Positions 51,784-64,000 of a stretch of 64,000 nucleotides of DNA are shown piece by piece. Each line of letters begins with the position of its first letter. The first letter of the stretch is position 1. The notes under the pieces were generated by a model. The model worked only from the letters and a program-made list of their open reading frames with translations, was not told the DNA's origin and searched no databases. This DNA comes from Octopus vulgaris (Eukaryota), in assembly GCA_951406725.2 (NCBI GenBank), contig OX597818.1, positions 124,372,001 through 124,436,000 on the forward strand, read 5' to 3'. The position numbers were made by a program, and so were the translations under genes.

Positions 51784-52692
51784 CCTTCAACACAGTTTCT
51801 ATCTACCAAATCCACTTGCAAGGCATTGATTAGCTCAGGGCTATAATAGATGACACTTTTCCCAAGGTGTTGTACAGACAGATTGAACTTGAAACTATGT
51901 GATTGCAAAGTAAGCTGCTGCTTAACCACACAGCCACACCTATGAGCAACATTAATAGAGATGAGTGGAAGGTGTCAGTGACCCTCCTCTTTGATCTTGT
52001 TTTCATACCATGAGATGTTTTGATCCTACCTTTAGAAGTCTGATGTATGTACCATCTAGTTGCTGGTTATTTCAATTAACCATATACCAATCTCCTACAA
52101 AGTTGTGGCCTTGTGCCAATGTAACAATTCTGTATTTTCAGTGATATTTATAGGTTTCCATCAAATTTCATCAATTTACAATGACTTTTGCTATCCTTTC
52201 CATTGATATTTCCAATTGTAATCATATATTCATAGAACCATTTATTTGATTATAGGTACTATAATTAGCAGAGTTGCTTTTAGGCCAATTACCTTTTCGG
52301 TGGCCAACTTCAGACCTCCTCAACAAAATTACCAGTTAGTTTGTTAACGAAGCCTAAAGAAAATAAACAGCCAAAAAAGAAAAGTAATTTTTACTATTTT
52401 CAGCATATATGGTGGGGCTCTGATGTCCTTGTCTAATGCTCTTTGAATAAAAATGAATTTGAAGAATATACTGATTTCAAATTTTGGCACAAGGCCAGCA
52501 GTTTCGGGGGACAGGATAAGTTGATTTCATCAATCCCAGTGTTCAACTGGTACTTATTTTATCAACCCCAAAAAGGCAAAGTCGACTTCGGTGGAATATG
52601 AATTCAGAATGTAAAGACAAACAAAATACTGCTAAGAGTTTTGTCTAATATGCTAACGATTCTGCCATCTCGCCACCTTAGATTTGAATCCT

Positions 52693-52995
52693 CATCATCA
52701 TCATCATCATCATCATCATTTAGCATCTGTTTTCCATGCTGGTATGGGTTAGATGCTTTGACTGGAACTGGTAAGCAGGAGAGCTGCACCAGGTCTGATT
52801 TGGCTCAGCTTCTATGGTTGGATGCCCTTCCTAAAGCCAACCACACCAAGAGTGTAGCAGGTGTCTTTTACGTGTCACCAGCACTGGCCACAACTGCAAT
52901 TTCACTTGGCTTGATGAGTCTTCTCAAGCACAGCAAATTGCCAAAGGTCTCAATCACTTGTCATTTTCAATCCATGAGACTCAACATTTGAAGGT
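52693..52995 (-). mobile_element. Family D (old SINE-B just upstream at ~52475-52678)
   Basis: (cat)n and ggatgcccttcctaa. Confidence 0.8.
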
Positions 52996-53004
52996 GATAT
53001 ATTG

Positions 53005-53370
53005 ATTTCTTTATTACCCACAAGGGGCGAACTTAGAAGATACAGAACATTGGGGACACAAAACATCACAATTACGAGTATGAAAAAATGGAAAATGAAA
53101 ATGATAGATGAAAGCGATACTAACGGCCCCATCCACTAGCATCACTTACCTGTCCGAAATACAATACACATCATTCTCTATTTTCTTATCAAATCTCTTT
53201 TCCAATTTCGTAATAGTCTCTTTTTCCCATTCAATTCTAAACACTTTATAGTTCATCTCTGTACATTTTTCCATGAATTCCTCTAAACATTCATCTGCGA
53301 TTAAAGCGCATGTATCGCTAAAAATGACCATGTATCCACTCCAACCAATGTCAAACATGAAAATTTGCTT
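53005..53370 (-). mobile_element. Unclassified retroelement 3' end: ORF fragment and UTR ending like young SINE-B
   Basis: Open frame FDIGWSGYMVIFSDTCALIADECLEEFMEKCTEMNYKVFRIEWEKETITKLEKRFDKKIENDVYCISDR*, T-rich UTR, terminal gccccttgtgggtaataaagaaat. Confidence 0.6.
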
Positions 53371-54071
53371 TATTATGAAGTTGATGATAAGGGTTACAAT
53401 GACACAGACAATAGGCATGATGATGTCACTGACAATGATGATAACAATGATGATGATGAGGAGGATGGTGATGAAATAAAATTTGAAAATAAAAATTTGA
53501 TTTTGATTTGATTGCATTAATTTAAGAAGGATTGATACTAATTTAGTATGGCAGCGGTATAATCCATAGATGATTGAATGGCTGAATGAAGGAATGGAGA
53601 AACTTGAAAGTAGTGATAAAGAAGTTTATATCTTTCTTCTTAGTTGTAATGGTGGTAATTGGAAGGGGTATCGATGGTGATGAGGGCCGGTGGTGGTGGT
53701 GGTGGTGAGATGATATTAGTGGTGGTGGTCATGGTGGCAGTGGTGGTGGCAGCAGCAATAGTAGTAGTAGTGATAGTAGTAGTAGTAGCTGTGTTATTAG
53801 TAGCAGCAGTGGTAGCAGCAGCTACTGATTCAAGAAGAGGTGGGATTGAGAGGAAAAAACTAAACAAAATTCCAAAAGAAATGAAAGAGCAAGCAAAATG
53901 AAAGAAAAGAAGAACTAAAACTTAAAAGGAAACAAAAAAGAATTTTGTAGGAATTTATTGAGGATTTGTTTAAAAGTAAAAAAAAAAAAAATATTTTGTT
54001 GGAAAATTTTACTGCAATCTGAAAGATATGTGAAGAAGATTAAAATTTAAAATGAGACAGAAGTGTGTGTG

Positions 54072-54138
<67 letters not shown>

Positions 54139-54678
54139 TACATACACACATATATATATATGTTCATAGAGTCATTGAGACAAAGTCAAAGCAGGGTCAT
54201 ACTGACATGTTTTGTTGTGGTTTCACTTAATCATTACTTAATGCAAGAATGACAAGTTTCATCATCAATATCTCATCGTTACTTTCATATCATTATCAGC
54301 ACACTAACACCATCACCACCGCTGCCACCACCACCACCACCACCACCACTACTATCACTGTCATCCTTGTCATCTTTCTAACTCCTGCAATGATTGTTCC
54401 TGCAGGGGACCCCAACCTACGTCTTGTCTGCCATCACCCATTTCTACCTGGCAATAAGAGCTATAGTTTGTCTCAGTGCTGTAAGAGTAAGTGTGTGTAT
54501 GTGTAAGAATGAAGATGTGTTATTTTATGTGCGTGCAGTAGGAATGATGTAATAGAATATTTGCTTTTGGTTCTTGACTGTTGCACAACTAGCTTGTGTG
54601 TATGAGGTGATCTGAATGTCTTTTACCGTCTTAGCTGAAGGTTTCTCATGCTTCAGCAGCTTTTAAGTTGGAGTGAAA

Positions 54679-54712
<34 letters not shown>

Positions 54713-55164
54713 TGACTATAAGAGAGTTGATTAAGAGATAGGAAGAAATCACATTTAGAGAGGTTTCATACCCTATGACTTCTTTAGCAGCAGTATCATC
54801 ATTAACAAGAACAAAGACAATGCTTTAGACTGATGGCCTAAATTATGACAGTAACAGGGAGAATTTTAATGCAACTGATTAGGAAGAGGATTAGCTATAA
54901 TGAGGCAGATGAGATGGAGTTCATGTTTGTGTTTGTACATGGTACAACCTATACTCCCTTCCTAGTGAGACAACGACACAAGTTCTTGGCAAATAGTAAG
55001 GCCACTATGCCTAACATTCATTGACCCGGATAAACCCTATAACATAGAACCACTCTCTTTAGTTTGATGGCTACTGAGAAATTTTGACTTAGATGAATGG
55101 CTTGTTAGAGCCGTGTAAGCTATATACAGAGGTACCATTCAGCAAAATGAGAAATGTCACTAAG

Positions 55165-55587
55165 GGATCTTTTCGGTTTGAATGGCAGTTTTTTAAAATA
55201 ATTTCCACGTAACCAAACACTTTTAAACTTCGTATACTGGTAGAATGTGTTTATAAAACATCTTTTTCTCTTGGCTTTATTGAGAAGATTCTATGGTTTG
55301 TAAGATATTTGTTGGGTTTTTTTCTTCAATTTCTGCAATTTCAACCAATCAGTGACGTCTATTGAGGTGAAAACATTCTGTGCCGTATGAATATGTCCCT
55401 CGTTTAAGAAACAGATTGGGTTTATTTACATTTCTGAAGAAAAAAGATACCCTTCCCCCCACCCCTAACCCTAACCCTAACCCTAAAACAGATTGAAATG
55501 CAATAGATCGATACTAGGGTCATAATTATGGGTGACAATTTCATATGACATCACTAGAAAAAACTGCCGTTCAAACCGAAAAGATCC
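55165..55587. mobile_element. MITE with ~29-bp TIRs, 9-bp TSD (Merlin- or MULE-like) and internal (CCCTAA)4
   Basis: ggatcttttcggtttgaatggcagttttt / aaaaactgccgttcaaaccgaaaagatcc; TSD gtcactaag / gttactaag. Confidence 0.88.
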
Positions 55588-55846
55588 GTTACTAAGTTCA
55601 GTAAAAAATTTAGTGTGCAGTTAAGCGTTCATCAACAATTAGTTCTTGGGTCTGTCCTGTTTATAATAGTTCTCCAGAACATATCAGAGGAACTTAAGAA
55701 TGGGTGTTGATGGGTACTGCTGTTTGCTGTTGACATAATTCTCAAGGCTGATTCTTTTGAAGATTTTGTGAAGGAGTTCTAAATCATAGAAGCAGAGTCT
55801 AGAATCAAAAAGCCTTAAGTTAAATCTCATCATCATCATCATCATA

Positions 55847-56252
55847 GGCGCAGGAGTGGCTGTGTGGTAAGTAGCTTGCCTACCAACCACATTGTTCCGG
55901 GTTCAGTCGCACTGCATGGCACCTTGGGCAAGTGTCTTCTACTATAGCCTCGGGCCGACCAAAGCCTTGTGAGTGGATTTGGTAGATGGAAACTGAAAGA
56001 AGCCTGTCGTATATATGTATATATATATGTATGTGCGTGTGTGTTTGTGTGTCTGTGTTTGTCCCCTAGCATTGCTTGACAACCGATGCTGGTGTGTTTA
56101 TGTCCCCGTCACTTAGTGGTTCGGCAAAAGAGACCAATGGAATAAGTACTGGGCTTACAAAGAATAAGTCCCAGGGTCGAGTTGCTCGACTAAAAGCGGT
56201 GCTCCAGCATGGCAGCAGTCAACTGACTGAAACAAGTAAAAGAGTAAAAGAG
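55847..56252 (+). mobile_element. Full-length SINE-A
   Basis: Matches the A consensus. Confidence 0.92.
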
Positions 56253-56289
56253 TATGTACCATACACCTACAGTGCATTGATAACATTTC

Positions 56290-56536
56290 AATGAAAGTTG
56301 TTCCAATCAAGCACAGGTACTCCAGCTATCTTCCGCTCTTGTCCAGCCATCTCTTGATATTGTCCATACCTTGTGTTCTTTGCCTGCCTCTTGATCTACT
56401 ATCCTCTACTTTTGCTTCTATGATATTGCTTTCCAAACCTCCGCTTTTTCAAATATAATAGATGAACTTTTGTTTTTTCACAATGTTCAGGAGTTGTTGT
56501 CTTTCACATGCTTGTTGTAACATCCATTCATTTGTC
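56290..56536 (-). mobile_element. Old RTE LINE C-terminal remnant
   Basis: TNEWMLQQ...GLESNIIEAKVEDSRSRGRQRTQGMDNIKRW. Confidence 0.7.
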
Positions 56537-56711
56537 TGCTGAGTCTTGTAAAGAGACTTGTAACATTGTCCTAGCTAGCAAAGCCAAAAGTTTCAGTTAG
56601 CAGGAAAGGAGACAGGAAGATAGGGATGTGCTGCCATCTACTATCACATTGTGACTACAACCAAGACAACTTAACTGTAAAATGTCTTAGTTCACACACA
56701 CATCGATAGGG

Positions 56712-57154
56712 ACCACAGGACAAGAACAACTCGTCTCAAGAATTTGTCTTATGAAGAAAGGCTGAAGACGCTCGACCTTTATTCTCTAGAAAAACAACGA
56801 CGCCGTGGTGATCTCATTCTTGCTCACAACATTATAAGCAGAAAGTGTAACCTCTCGAAAGAGCTGTTCTTCACTCCTGCGCTAGAGCGTAGGCTGCGGG
56901 GTCATTCCGAAAAGCTCTATCTGCGACTATTTCATCTCAATCGAAGGAGAGGGGCTTTCTCCGTCCGGGTTGCGGATCCGTGGAATAAGCTGCCGGACGA
57001 GATGGTGAGGATGCCGACGACTGCTCTGTTCAAAGTCTCCCTTGACCAGAAATGGCCTGAACTCTTTACATGAACACCACCCTGTACATAACTCCATGTC
57101 CCCCTACATGGCCTTGTTTTTTTGCTTTTTGAGCCAAGAAATTAACTAACTAAC
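56712..57154 (+). mobile_element. Young CR1-clade LINE 3' end with (TAAC)n tail
   Basis: LSYEERLKTLDLYSLEKQRRRGDLI...RGHSEKL...FSVRVADPWNKLP, open to the stop; ends taactaactaac. Confidence 0.92.
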
Positions 57155-58013
57155 TCAATGCTGTCAACAGCAGATAGTAAAATTAACAAGTGTTTCATGA
57201 GCTTGCCCTGTTACTATATCGCTACTATTTATAAGTATAACTTGGAATGGAATTAATACATCTTCAAACAAACACTATACTGAAGATGAGTCATCCTGCT
57301 ATTCTCTGCCACTTTAGAAAACTGATGTTATTCTCAAGAAGAAAATCATAATTAACATGTTTAATTAAAATATGTCTCTTAAAGAACAAAACATTGAAAT
57401 TTATAAAAGGAAACCTAAACATCGGTAAACATTGATCGTCTTTATGGCTGGATTCTGACAGAGTTTGAATGCGTGCAAATTAACCTTAATTAAAACTTCC
57501 AACATCATAAATGTTTATTGTAATGTTATGGTTAACGAAAAGAAAAAAAGAAAATAAATAAACTAATAATGTTTTTATTGAATCAACGTAGTTTCATGGA
57601 TTCTGTATTTATTGAATTGATGGAAATGATAGCAGCATTAGTAGCATCATCATTATCTTTTTCCTTTTAATTTTGCTTCTCCTGTGTCGTCTTGAGATGA
57701 ACAAGTCTGCAACAGCACAGTTATATTCATCATAACCCTCTGTCATCTCAGTTGTAAGGTCTAATCTTTCTCAGGTCTAATCTTTTTTTTGGGGGCTGGA
57801 GGGAGGGGGATCCCCCTTTGAGACTTCTTTGGCTCATCTTTATCGCTGGTGCAAAAAGTTGGCTCTTGTTGCACATTTTACATTCATACATACAATCCAC
57901 TCATAGATTTTATTTTCATTCAAGTTCTCTCTGCAGTATCTATAAACGTAACACTGGATAGGTTGTGGTGTATGTGTGTGTGTATGAGAGTATGTTTGTG
58001 TGTGCGTGCATAT

Positions 58014-58250
58014 AGGCGCAGGAATGGCTGTGTGGTAAGTAGCTTGCTAACTAACCACATGGTTCCGGGTTCAGTCCCACTGCGTGGCATCTTGGGCAAG
58101 TGTCTTCTGCTATAGCCCCGGGCCGACCAATGCCTTGTGAGTGGATTTGGTAGACGGAAACTGAAAGAAGCCCGTCGTATATATATATATATATGCGTGT
58201 ATATGTATATATATATATATGCGTATATAAGTATATATATATATATATAT

Positions 58251-58329
<79 letters not shown>

Positions 58330-58546
58330 TGTTTGTGTGTCCATGTTTGTCCCCCTAGCATTGCTTGACAACCGATGCTGGTGTGTTTATGTCCCCATCA
58401 CTTAGCGGTTCGGCAAAAGGGACCAATAGAATAAGTACTGGGCTTACAACGAATAAGTCCCGGGGTCGATTTGCTCGACTAAAGGCAGTGCTCCAGCATG
58501 GCCACAGTCAAATGACTGAAACATGTAAAAGAGTAAAAGAGTAAAA
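58014..58546 (+). mobile_element. Full-length SINE-A with an expanded internal microsatellite
   Basis: ~150 bp (TA)/(GT) block at 58178-58330. Confidence 0.92.
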
Positions 58547-58925
58547 GTGTATGTGTGTGTACATGTGTGTGTGCAGGTATTGTTGTGCAGCTAAGAAGTT
58601 TGCTATACAACTACATGGCTTGGATTTCAGTCTTTTTATATCTTTCATCGTTATCACCCATTATCATCAGCAGCATCATTTAACATCTGATTTTGATGCT
58701 GGCATGGGTTAGACAGTCCAACAGGATCTGACAAACCAGAGGATTGCATCAAACTCCAATGTAAATAATCGAACATTAGTTGTCCAGTAGTGGGGGGGGG
58801 TACAAACACAAGCATAAAGAAATATGCACATAAATATCTACACAGACACACACACACACATACACATACATATATACATAAGTACATGCATGCATACGTA
58901 CATACATACATACATACACGCATAC

Positions 58926-59333
58926 ATCATCATCATCATCATCATCGTTTAGCGTCCGCTTTCCATGCTGGCATGGGTTGGACGGTTCAACTGGGGTCTG
59001 GGAAGCCAGAAGGCTGCACCAGGCCCAGTCTGATCTGGCAATGTTTCTACGGCTGGATGCCCTTCCTAACGCCAACCACTCCATGAGTATAGTGAGTGCT
59101 TTTTACGTGCCACCGGCACAGGTGCCAGACGGGGCTGGCAAACGGTCACGATCGGATGGTGCTTTTTATGTGCCACCGGCATGGAGGCCAGGCCAGGCTG
59201 GCAAACGGCCATGATCGTTTGCCAGCCTCGCCTGGCCTCTGTGCCGGTGGCACGTAAAAAGCACCATCCGATCATGACCGTTTGCCAGCCTCATCTGGCA
59301 CCTGTGCCGGTGGCACGTAAAAAGCACCCACTA
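58926..59333 (-). mobile_element. Family D with a fold-back inversion of its minisatellite
   Basis: 59090-59207 is inverted to 59216-59333. Confidence 0.88.
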
Positions 59334-59351
59334 CATACATACATACATACA

Positions 59352-59382
<31 letters not shown>

Positions 59383-59590
59383 TGTTGTATTTTGGGATGT
59401 TCATTTTTTTATTGTGTGTGTGTGACGAAAGATTTCCAGACAATGGACATGAGTTAAAAATAAGAACAGTAATAAACAAGTGAAGAACAAATATATACTG
59501 ACCATCCTGAAATACAACAATATCTATTTCAACATATGATTTCACATCAGAAATCTTGCAACACAAACTGATAAACGTATATATATATAT

Positions 59591-59801
59591 ACCGGAGTAA
59601 ACACATAAATGTGAAACAAGGTGGAAAAAAGAGTACTCAAATACCAGTGGTAGAGTAATATGCTTTATTTAAAGCAGCAGAAAATTCAACAAAACCTGTT
59701 ACTCTGAGTTTCACGTTCCCGTTTGTCAGACAGTTTTTGCTAGATTCTAGCAAACTCAGAGTAACAGGTTTTGTTGAATTTTCTGCTGCTTTGAAATAAA
59801 G
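59591..59801. mobile_element. Penelope-like fold-back repeat in (TA)n
   Basis: Arms 59663-59711 and 59752-59801; aataaa signal; hammerhead fold on the minus strand. Confidence 0.75.
59696..59733 (-). ncRNA. Minimal type-I hammerhead fold (G8 mutated to A)
   Basis: ctgt CTGACAA acg-ggaa-cgt GAAAC tc-a-ga GTA acag. Confidence 0.7.
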
Positions 59802-59811
59802 TATATATATA

Positions 59812-59954
59812 TCATCATCATCATCATCATCATCGTTTAACGTCCGTTCTCCATGCTAGCATGGGTTGGACGGTTCGACCGGGATCTGGGAAGCCAGAAG
59901 GCTGCATCGTGTCTAACCTGGATGCCCTTCCTAACGCCAACCACTCCGTGTCAA

Positions 59955-60027
<73 letters not shown>

Positions 60028-60180
60028 GATGGGCTTCTTTCAGTTTCTGTCTACCAAATCCACTCACAAGACTGGTCATCCCCAGGCTATAACACTCGCC
60101 CAAGGAGCCACGCAGTGGGACTGTACCTGGATCCATATGGTTGGGAAGCAAACTTTTTATTGCACAACCATACCTCCGCC
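59812..60180 (-). mobile_element. Family D fragment, (TA)n and SINE-A head
   Basis: Segment matches. Confidence 0.75.
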
Positions 60181-60528
60181 TATTCTACCAGTTAAAAAGA
60201 CTTGTGTGTCTTTTGTTAGTCTTTGAAATGTTCACTGCATCTGTTTTGCTTGTGACCACCAAAGAAAAACAACAGAAAAAAACTTTCACTATCTTCTTTA
60301 TAATCAAATATAAATACCACTACTTTGTTCTTTTAACCTTCAGACATGGCTGTAATTCATACCTGATTGAATATATAGAAATGTCTTTTATGCAGCTACT
60401 TCAAAAATTCAATTCTTTAGTCGAATGCATCAAACATTGTTGAGGCATGGGACTGAAAACAATTTCATCTGCAGTTTCTCTGCCAATCCACCAAACTCTA
60501 TTTATAGACCATGTCAGCATATCTGGTC

Positions 60529-60559
<31 letters not shown>

Positions 60560-60562
60560 ATT

Positions 60563-60606
<44 letters not shown>

Positions 60607-60629
60607 CATCATCATCATCATCATCATCA

Positions 60630-60663
<34 letters not shown>

Positions 60664-60706
60664 CAATATTATTATTATCAATATTATTATCAATATTATT
60701 ATTATT
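60529..60706. repeat. (ATT)/(ATC) compound microsatellite
   Basis: Seen directly. Confidence 0.95.
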
Positions 60707-60789
60707 GAAAGACCAGTCAAGTACTGGGTTAAGTCAATGATATTAACTGACCACTTCCCCTCAATTTTAAGGCCTTATGCCTTTGCTGT

Positions 60790-61100
60790 GAAGGCACGTG
60801 GCTTAGTGGTTAGGGTATTCAGCTCACAATCATAAGGTCATGAGTTCAATTCCCTGCAACACATTGTGTCCATGAGCAAGACACTTTATTTCATGTGGCT
60901 TCAATCCACTCAGCTGGCATAAATGAGTAGTACTTATATTTCAAAGGGCCAGCCTTGAAATACACTTTGTGGCATGCTTGACTTCCCTGAGAACTATGTT
61001 AAGGGTACACATGACTGTAGAGTGCATAGTAATTTCATGAGCAGGCTATTCTGTTGATCAGCTCAACTGGAACCCTTGGCATTGTAACCAAAGGAGTGTC
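60790..61100 (+). mobile_element. SINE with F head and core and C tail
   Basis: Matches 24468-24790. Confidence 0.75.
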
Positions 61101-61196
61101 AGTATGCCTTTGCTAGAAATAATTAAACCATAACTAGCAAGACTAAAGGAGTTTCCATATTTTATGAAATTTCAGATATTTTTATTTTGGTACTTC

Positions 61197-61617
61197 ACTC
61201 TTTACTTTTTACTCTTTTTACTCTTTTACTTGTTTCAGTCATTTGACTGTGGCCATGCTGGAGCACCGCCTTTAGTCGAGCAAATCGACCCCGGGACTTA
61301 TTCTTTGTAAGCCCAGTACTTATTCTATCGGTCTCTTTTGCCGAACCAGTAAGTGACGGGGACGTAAACACACCAGCATCGGTGTCAAGCAATGCTAGGG
61401 GGACAAACACAGACACACAAACATATACACACACATATATATATACATATATACGACAGGCTTCTTTCAGTTTCCGTCTACCAAATCCACTCACAAGGCA
61501 TTGGTCAGCCCGGGGCTATAGCAGAAGACACTTGCCCAAGATGCCACGCAGTGGGACTGAACCTGGAACCATGTGGTTGGTAAGCAAGCTACTTACCACA
61601 CAGCCACTCCTGCGCCT
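61197..61617 (-). mobile_element. Full-length SINE-A
   Basis: Matches the A consensus. Confidence 0.92.
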
Positions 61618-62129
61618 ATGATATATAAACTTCAGTTTATATATCTTCATAACATTGCTCCATAAAGTGAATGCGAGTATTAGGACTTAGACAAAGTTAA
61701 TAGCAATATAATAGATATTAATTTTTGTCCTTTTATTTGTTTGTTTTTTTCTGTCTTTCTAACTCACCTACAACACGGAACATGTATACATTCACTTTTG
61801 GATATAAAGATGTGTGTGTGTGTGTTTGTATGTCTGTAGATGAGAAATGCCAGGATCAATATCTCAAATAAATAAACCTTATGGTATTCAATTCCATCAC
61901 AGGTACATCCCTTTACAACCCAGGTTAACTTTGCTTGTCTACCTTCTGAGGTCAGTTAAAATAAGTACCAGACAAAGTACTGGGATCAATATAATCGACA
62001 AAAAAAAAACCTTGAAGGCATTGCACTGATATGGCCGCAATCCAATGACGGCAAACAGTAAAATGAAAGAAAAGAATATATAATATCGCTAATAAATATT
62101 TCAAAACTATACTCAGCATCTCTTTTATC

Positions 62130-62336
62130 TCTTTTCTCTTTTACTTGTTTCAGTCATTTGACTGCGGCCATGCTGGAGCACCACCTTTTAATCGAGCAAC
62201 TCGACCCCGGGACTTATTCTTTGTAAGCCCAGTACTTATTCTATCGGTCTCTTTTTGCCGAACCGCTAAGTGACGGGGACATAAACACACCAGCATCGGT
62301 TGTCAAGCAATGCTAGGGGGACAAACACAGACACAA

Positions 62337-62403
<67 letters not shown>

Positions 62404-62527
62404 CGACAGGCTTCTTTCAGTTTCTGTCTACCAAATCCACTCACAATCCAAGATGCCACGCAGTGGGACTGAACCCGGAACCATGTGGTTGGTTAGCAAG
62501 CTACTTACCACACAGCCACTCCTGCGC
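62130..62527 (-). mobile_element. SINE-A with a ~40-bp internal deletion
   Basis: tcacaa is joined to tccaagatgcc. Confidence 0.9.
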
Positions 62528-63314
62528 CATCTTGTATTATGTAGATGCATGTTTCTGTTACATTGCTAATATATTAATTTACATTGGCACAAGCCTGTAG
62601 ACACCTGGCAGAAACAGAATGATACTGTGTCATGCTCATGATCATACTTTCAAGGGTATTAGTGACGCAAGTAGTAGTGATGTAGTTAGAAATTGTTACT
62701 GGAAATGGGTCATGGATTAGGATTGCCGGGAGCTTATCTCTCTATGATCGCTACTATTGTTGGTATGACAAAGGCTGAAGAGTTTCTGATTAAGTCTATT
62801 TTTACTTTAATTAGTTTGTATTCAAATATTCACATCTAATGGGAATTGATTTACCGTTACATACCCTGATAAAATATGTTCCTATGTGTATGTGTGTGTG
62901 TGTGTGTGTGTGTGCTTGTATGTATGTATGTATGTATGTATGTATGTATGTATATGATGGTTTCGATGTATGTGCTTGAAGGAGAGGGCTTAAAAAAAGT
63001 AATAGAAAGAAGAAAAAAAAAAAACTAAGAAGCTGCTTCTATTTGTGATGGATGCATGAATGTAATTTCATTCATGGATGTTGGGGACATTGATGATTTT
63101 GATTTTGCCTGGGATTGGGCAGATGTGTCTGTCGATTGTGAGTTATAGTTCTTCTGTTCTTTTTCTCCAATTCAAATTGTTTGGATACAGATTGATCTTG
63201 GCAATGACTTTCTCAAGTTGTCAAGATAAGCTGTAGAGATTTTAGTGATTGCCTCGACCTATCCTTATCCTTATATTGAGATAAAGATAAGATGAGAAAA
63301 AAAAAAAACATACT

Positions 63315-63535
63315 AGTCTTTGGTTATTGGAATGTAAGAACTTGACAAGACAGCAAAGACCAGCCTTGAATGAAAAACAGTCCTAATTGCAAAGGTAATC
63401 ATCTCTTATAACATCAATATTGCTGCCTACTTGAAACTAGGCTTGCAGATACTGGTGAATTAGAGGAAGCTGGAAGGGGTTATACTTTTTTTTTTTTAGT
63501 GTAAAGCTAGCAGATGAACCAAAATTTCATGGTGT
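63315..63535 (+). mobile_element. RTE LINE apurinic-endonuclease N-terminal remnant
   Basis: WNVRT...LIAK...YNINIAA..ETRLADTGELEEAGRGYTFF...HG, with stops and frameshifts. Confidence 0.75.
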
Positions 63536-63732
63536 ATGTATATATCTTCACTATTATGAATTAAGTTTCTAAAATGGATAAAGAAATTTGAAGGGTTGCT
63601 TTGGTCCAGTAGTTGAACACCTGTCATGTTTATGGAAGATGTGGACTAAAATCTCATGGGTAACCTTCAGCTTTTTCTGTCCAGAGGGATTTTTAACCCA
63701 ATATTTACATTCTATTATTTATATCTTCATTT

Positions 63733-63920
63733 AAGGTGGCAAGCTAACAGAATTGTTAGCATGCCAGGCAAAATGCTTAGCAGTATTTCATTCATCTTTA
63801 AGTTCTGAGTTCAAATTTCACCGAGGTCAACTTAGCCTTTCATTTCTTTGAGGCCAATAAAATAAGTATCAGTTGAGCACTGGGGTTTGTGTAATGAACT
63901 TAACCACTCCTCAAAATTAC
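63733..63920 (+). mobile_element. Old SINE-B
   Basis: aggtggcaagctaacagaattgttagc...gaggtcaacttagcctttcat. Confidence 0.75.
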
Positions 63921-64000
63921 CATTGACTACATTGTCTTATATGCCCCTTTATGTTTGAGATGGTGAGGTATGATTTTAAGGAAGATTTTTCTACACTTTC

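Noticed and set aside
55463-55486. True telomere or chromosome-fusion scar
   Set aside because: Only four units, lying inside a TIR element with a TSD

Overview
This is AT-rich, repeat-saturated animal DNA with very dense microsatellites ((TA)n, (CA)n, (GATA)n, (ATT)n, (CAT)n, (TACA)n). The repeat families and composition look like an octopus (Octopodidae) intron or intergenic region; that assignment is inferred from pattern recognition, not searched. No intact host protein-coding gene can be supported, and almost all listed ORFs are microsatellite or SINE artefacts. The window contains: (i) several tRNA-headed SINE families (my labels A, B, C, F) that swap heads, cores and tails; (ii) 3' or internal remnants of RTE, CR1 and R4/Dong-like LINEs, including an RTE 3'UTR (label D) that carries an expanding ~60-bp minisatellite; (iii) hAT, mariner-like, piggyBac-like, Merlin/MULE-like and Helentron-like non-autonomous elements, several with clear TSDs; (iv) Penelope-like, mostly (TA)n-associated repeats, three of them fold-backs, with minimal type-I hammerhead ribozyme folds in three families whose cores are non-canonical, one showing a compensated G3-C8 swap; and (v) a ~2.3-kb degenerate 29-to-26-bp tandem array. 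The most notable signals are the variant hammerheads, a CpG-rich ORF fragment that shares the 3' end of the young SINE-B (a candidate partner LINE), and a MITE with an internal (CCCTAA)4 tract. Boundaries of old repeats are approximate.
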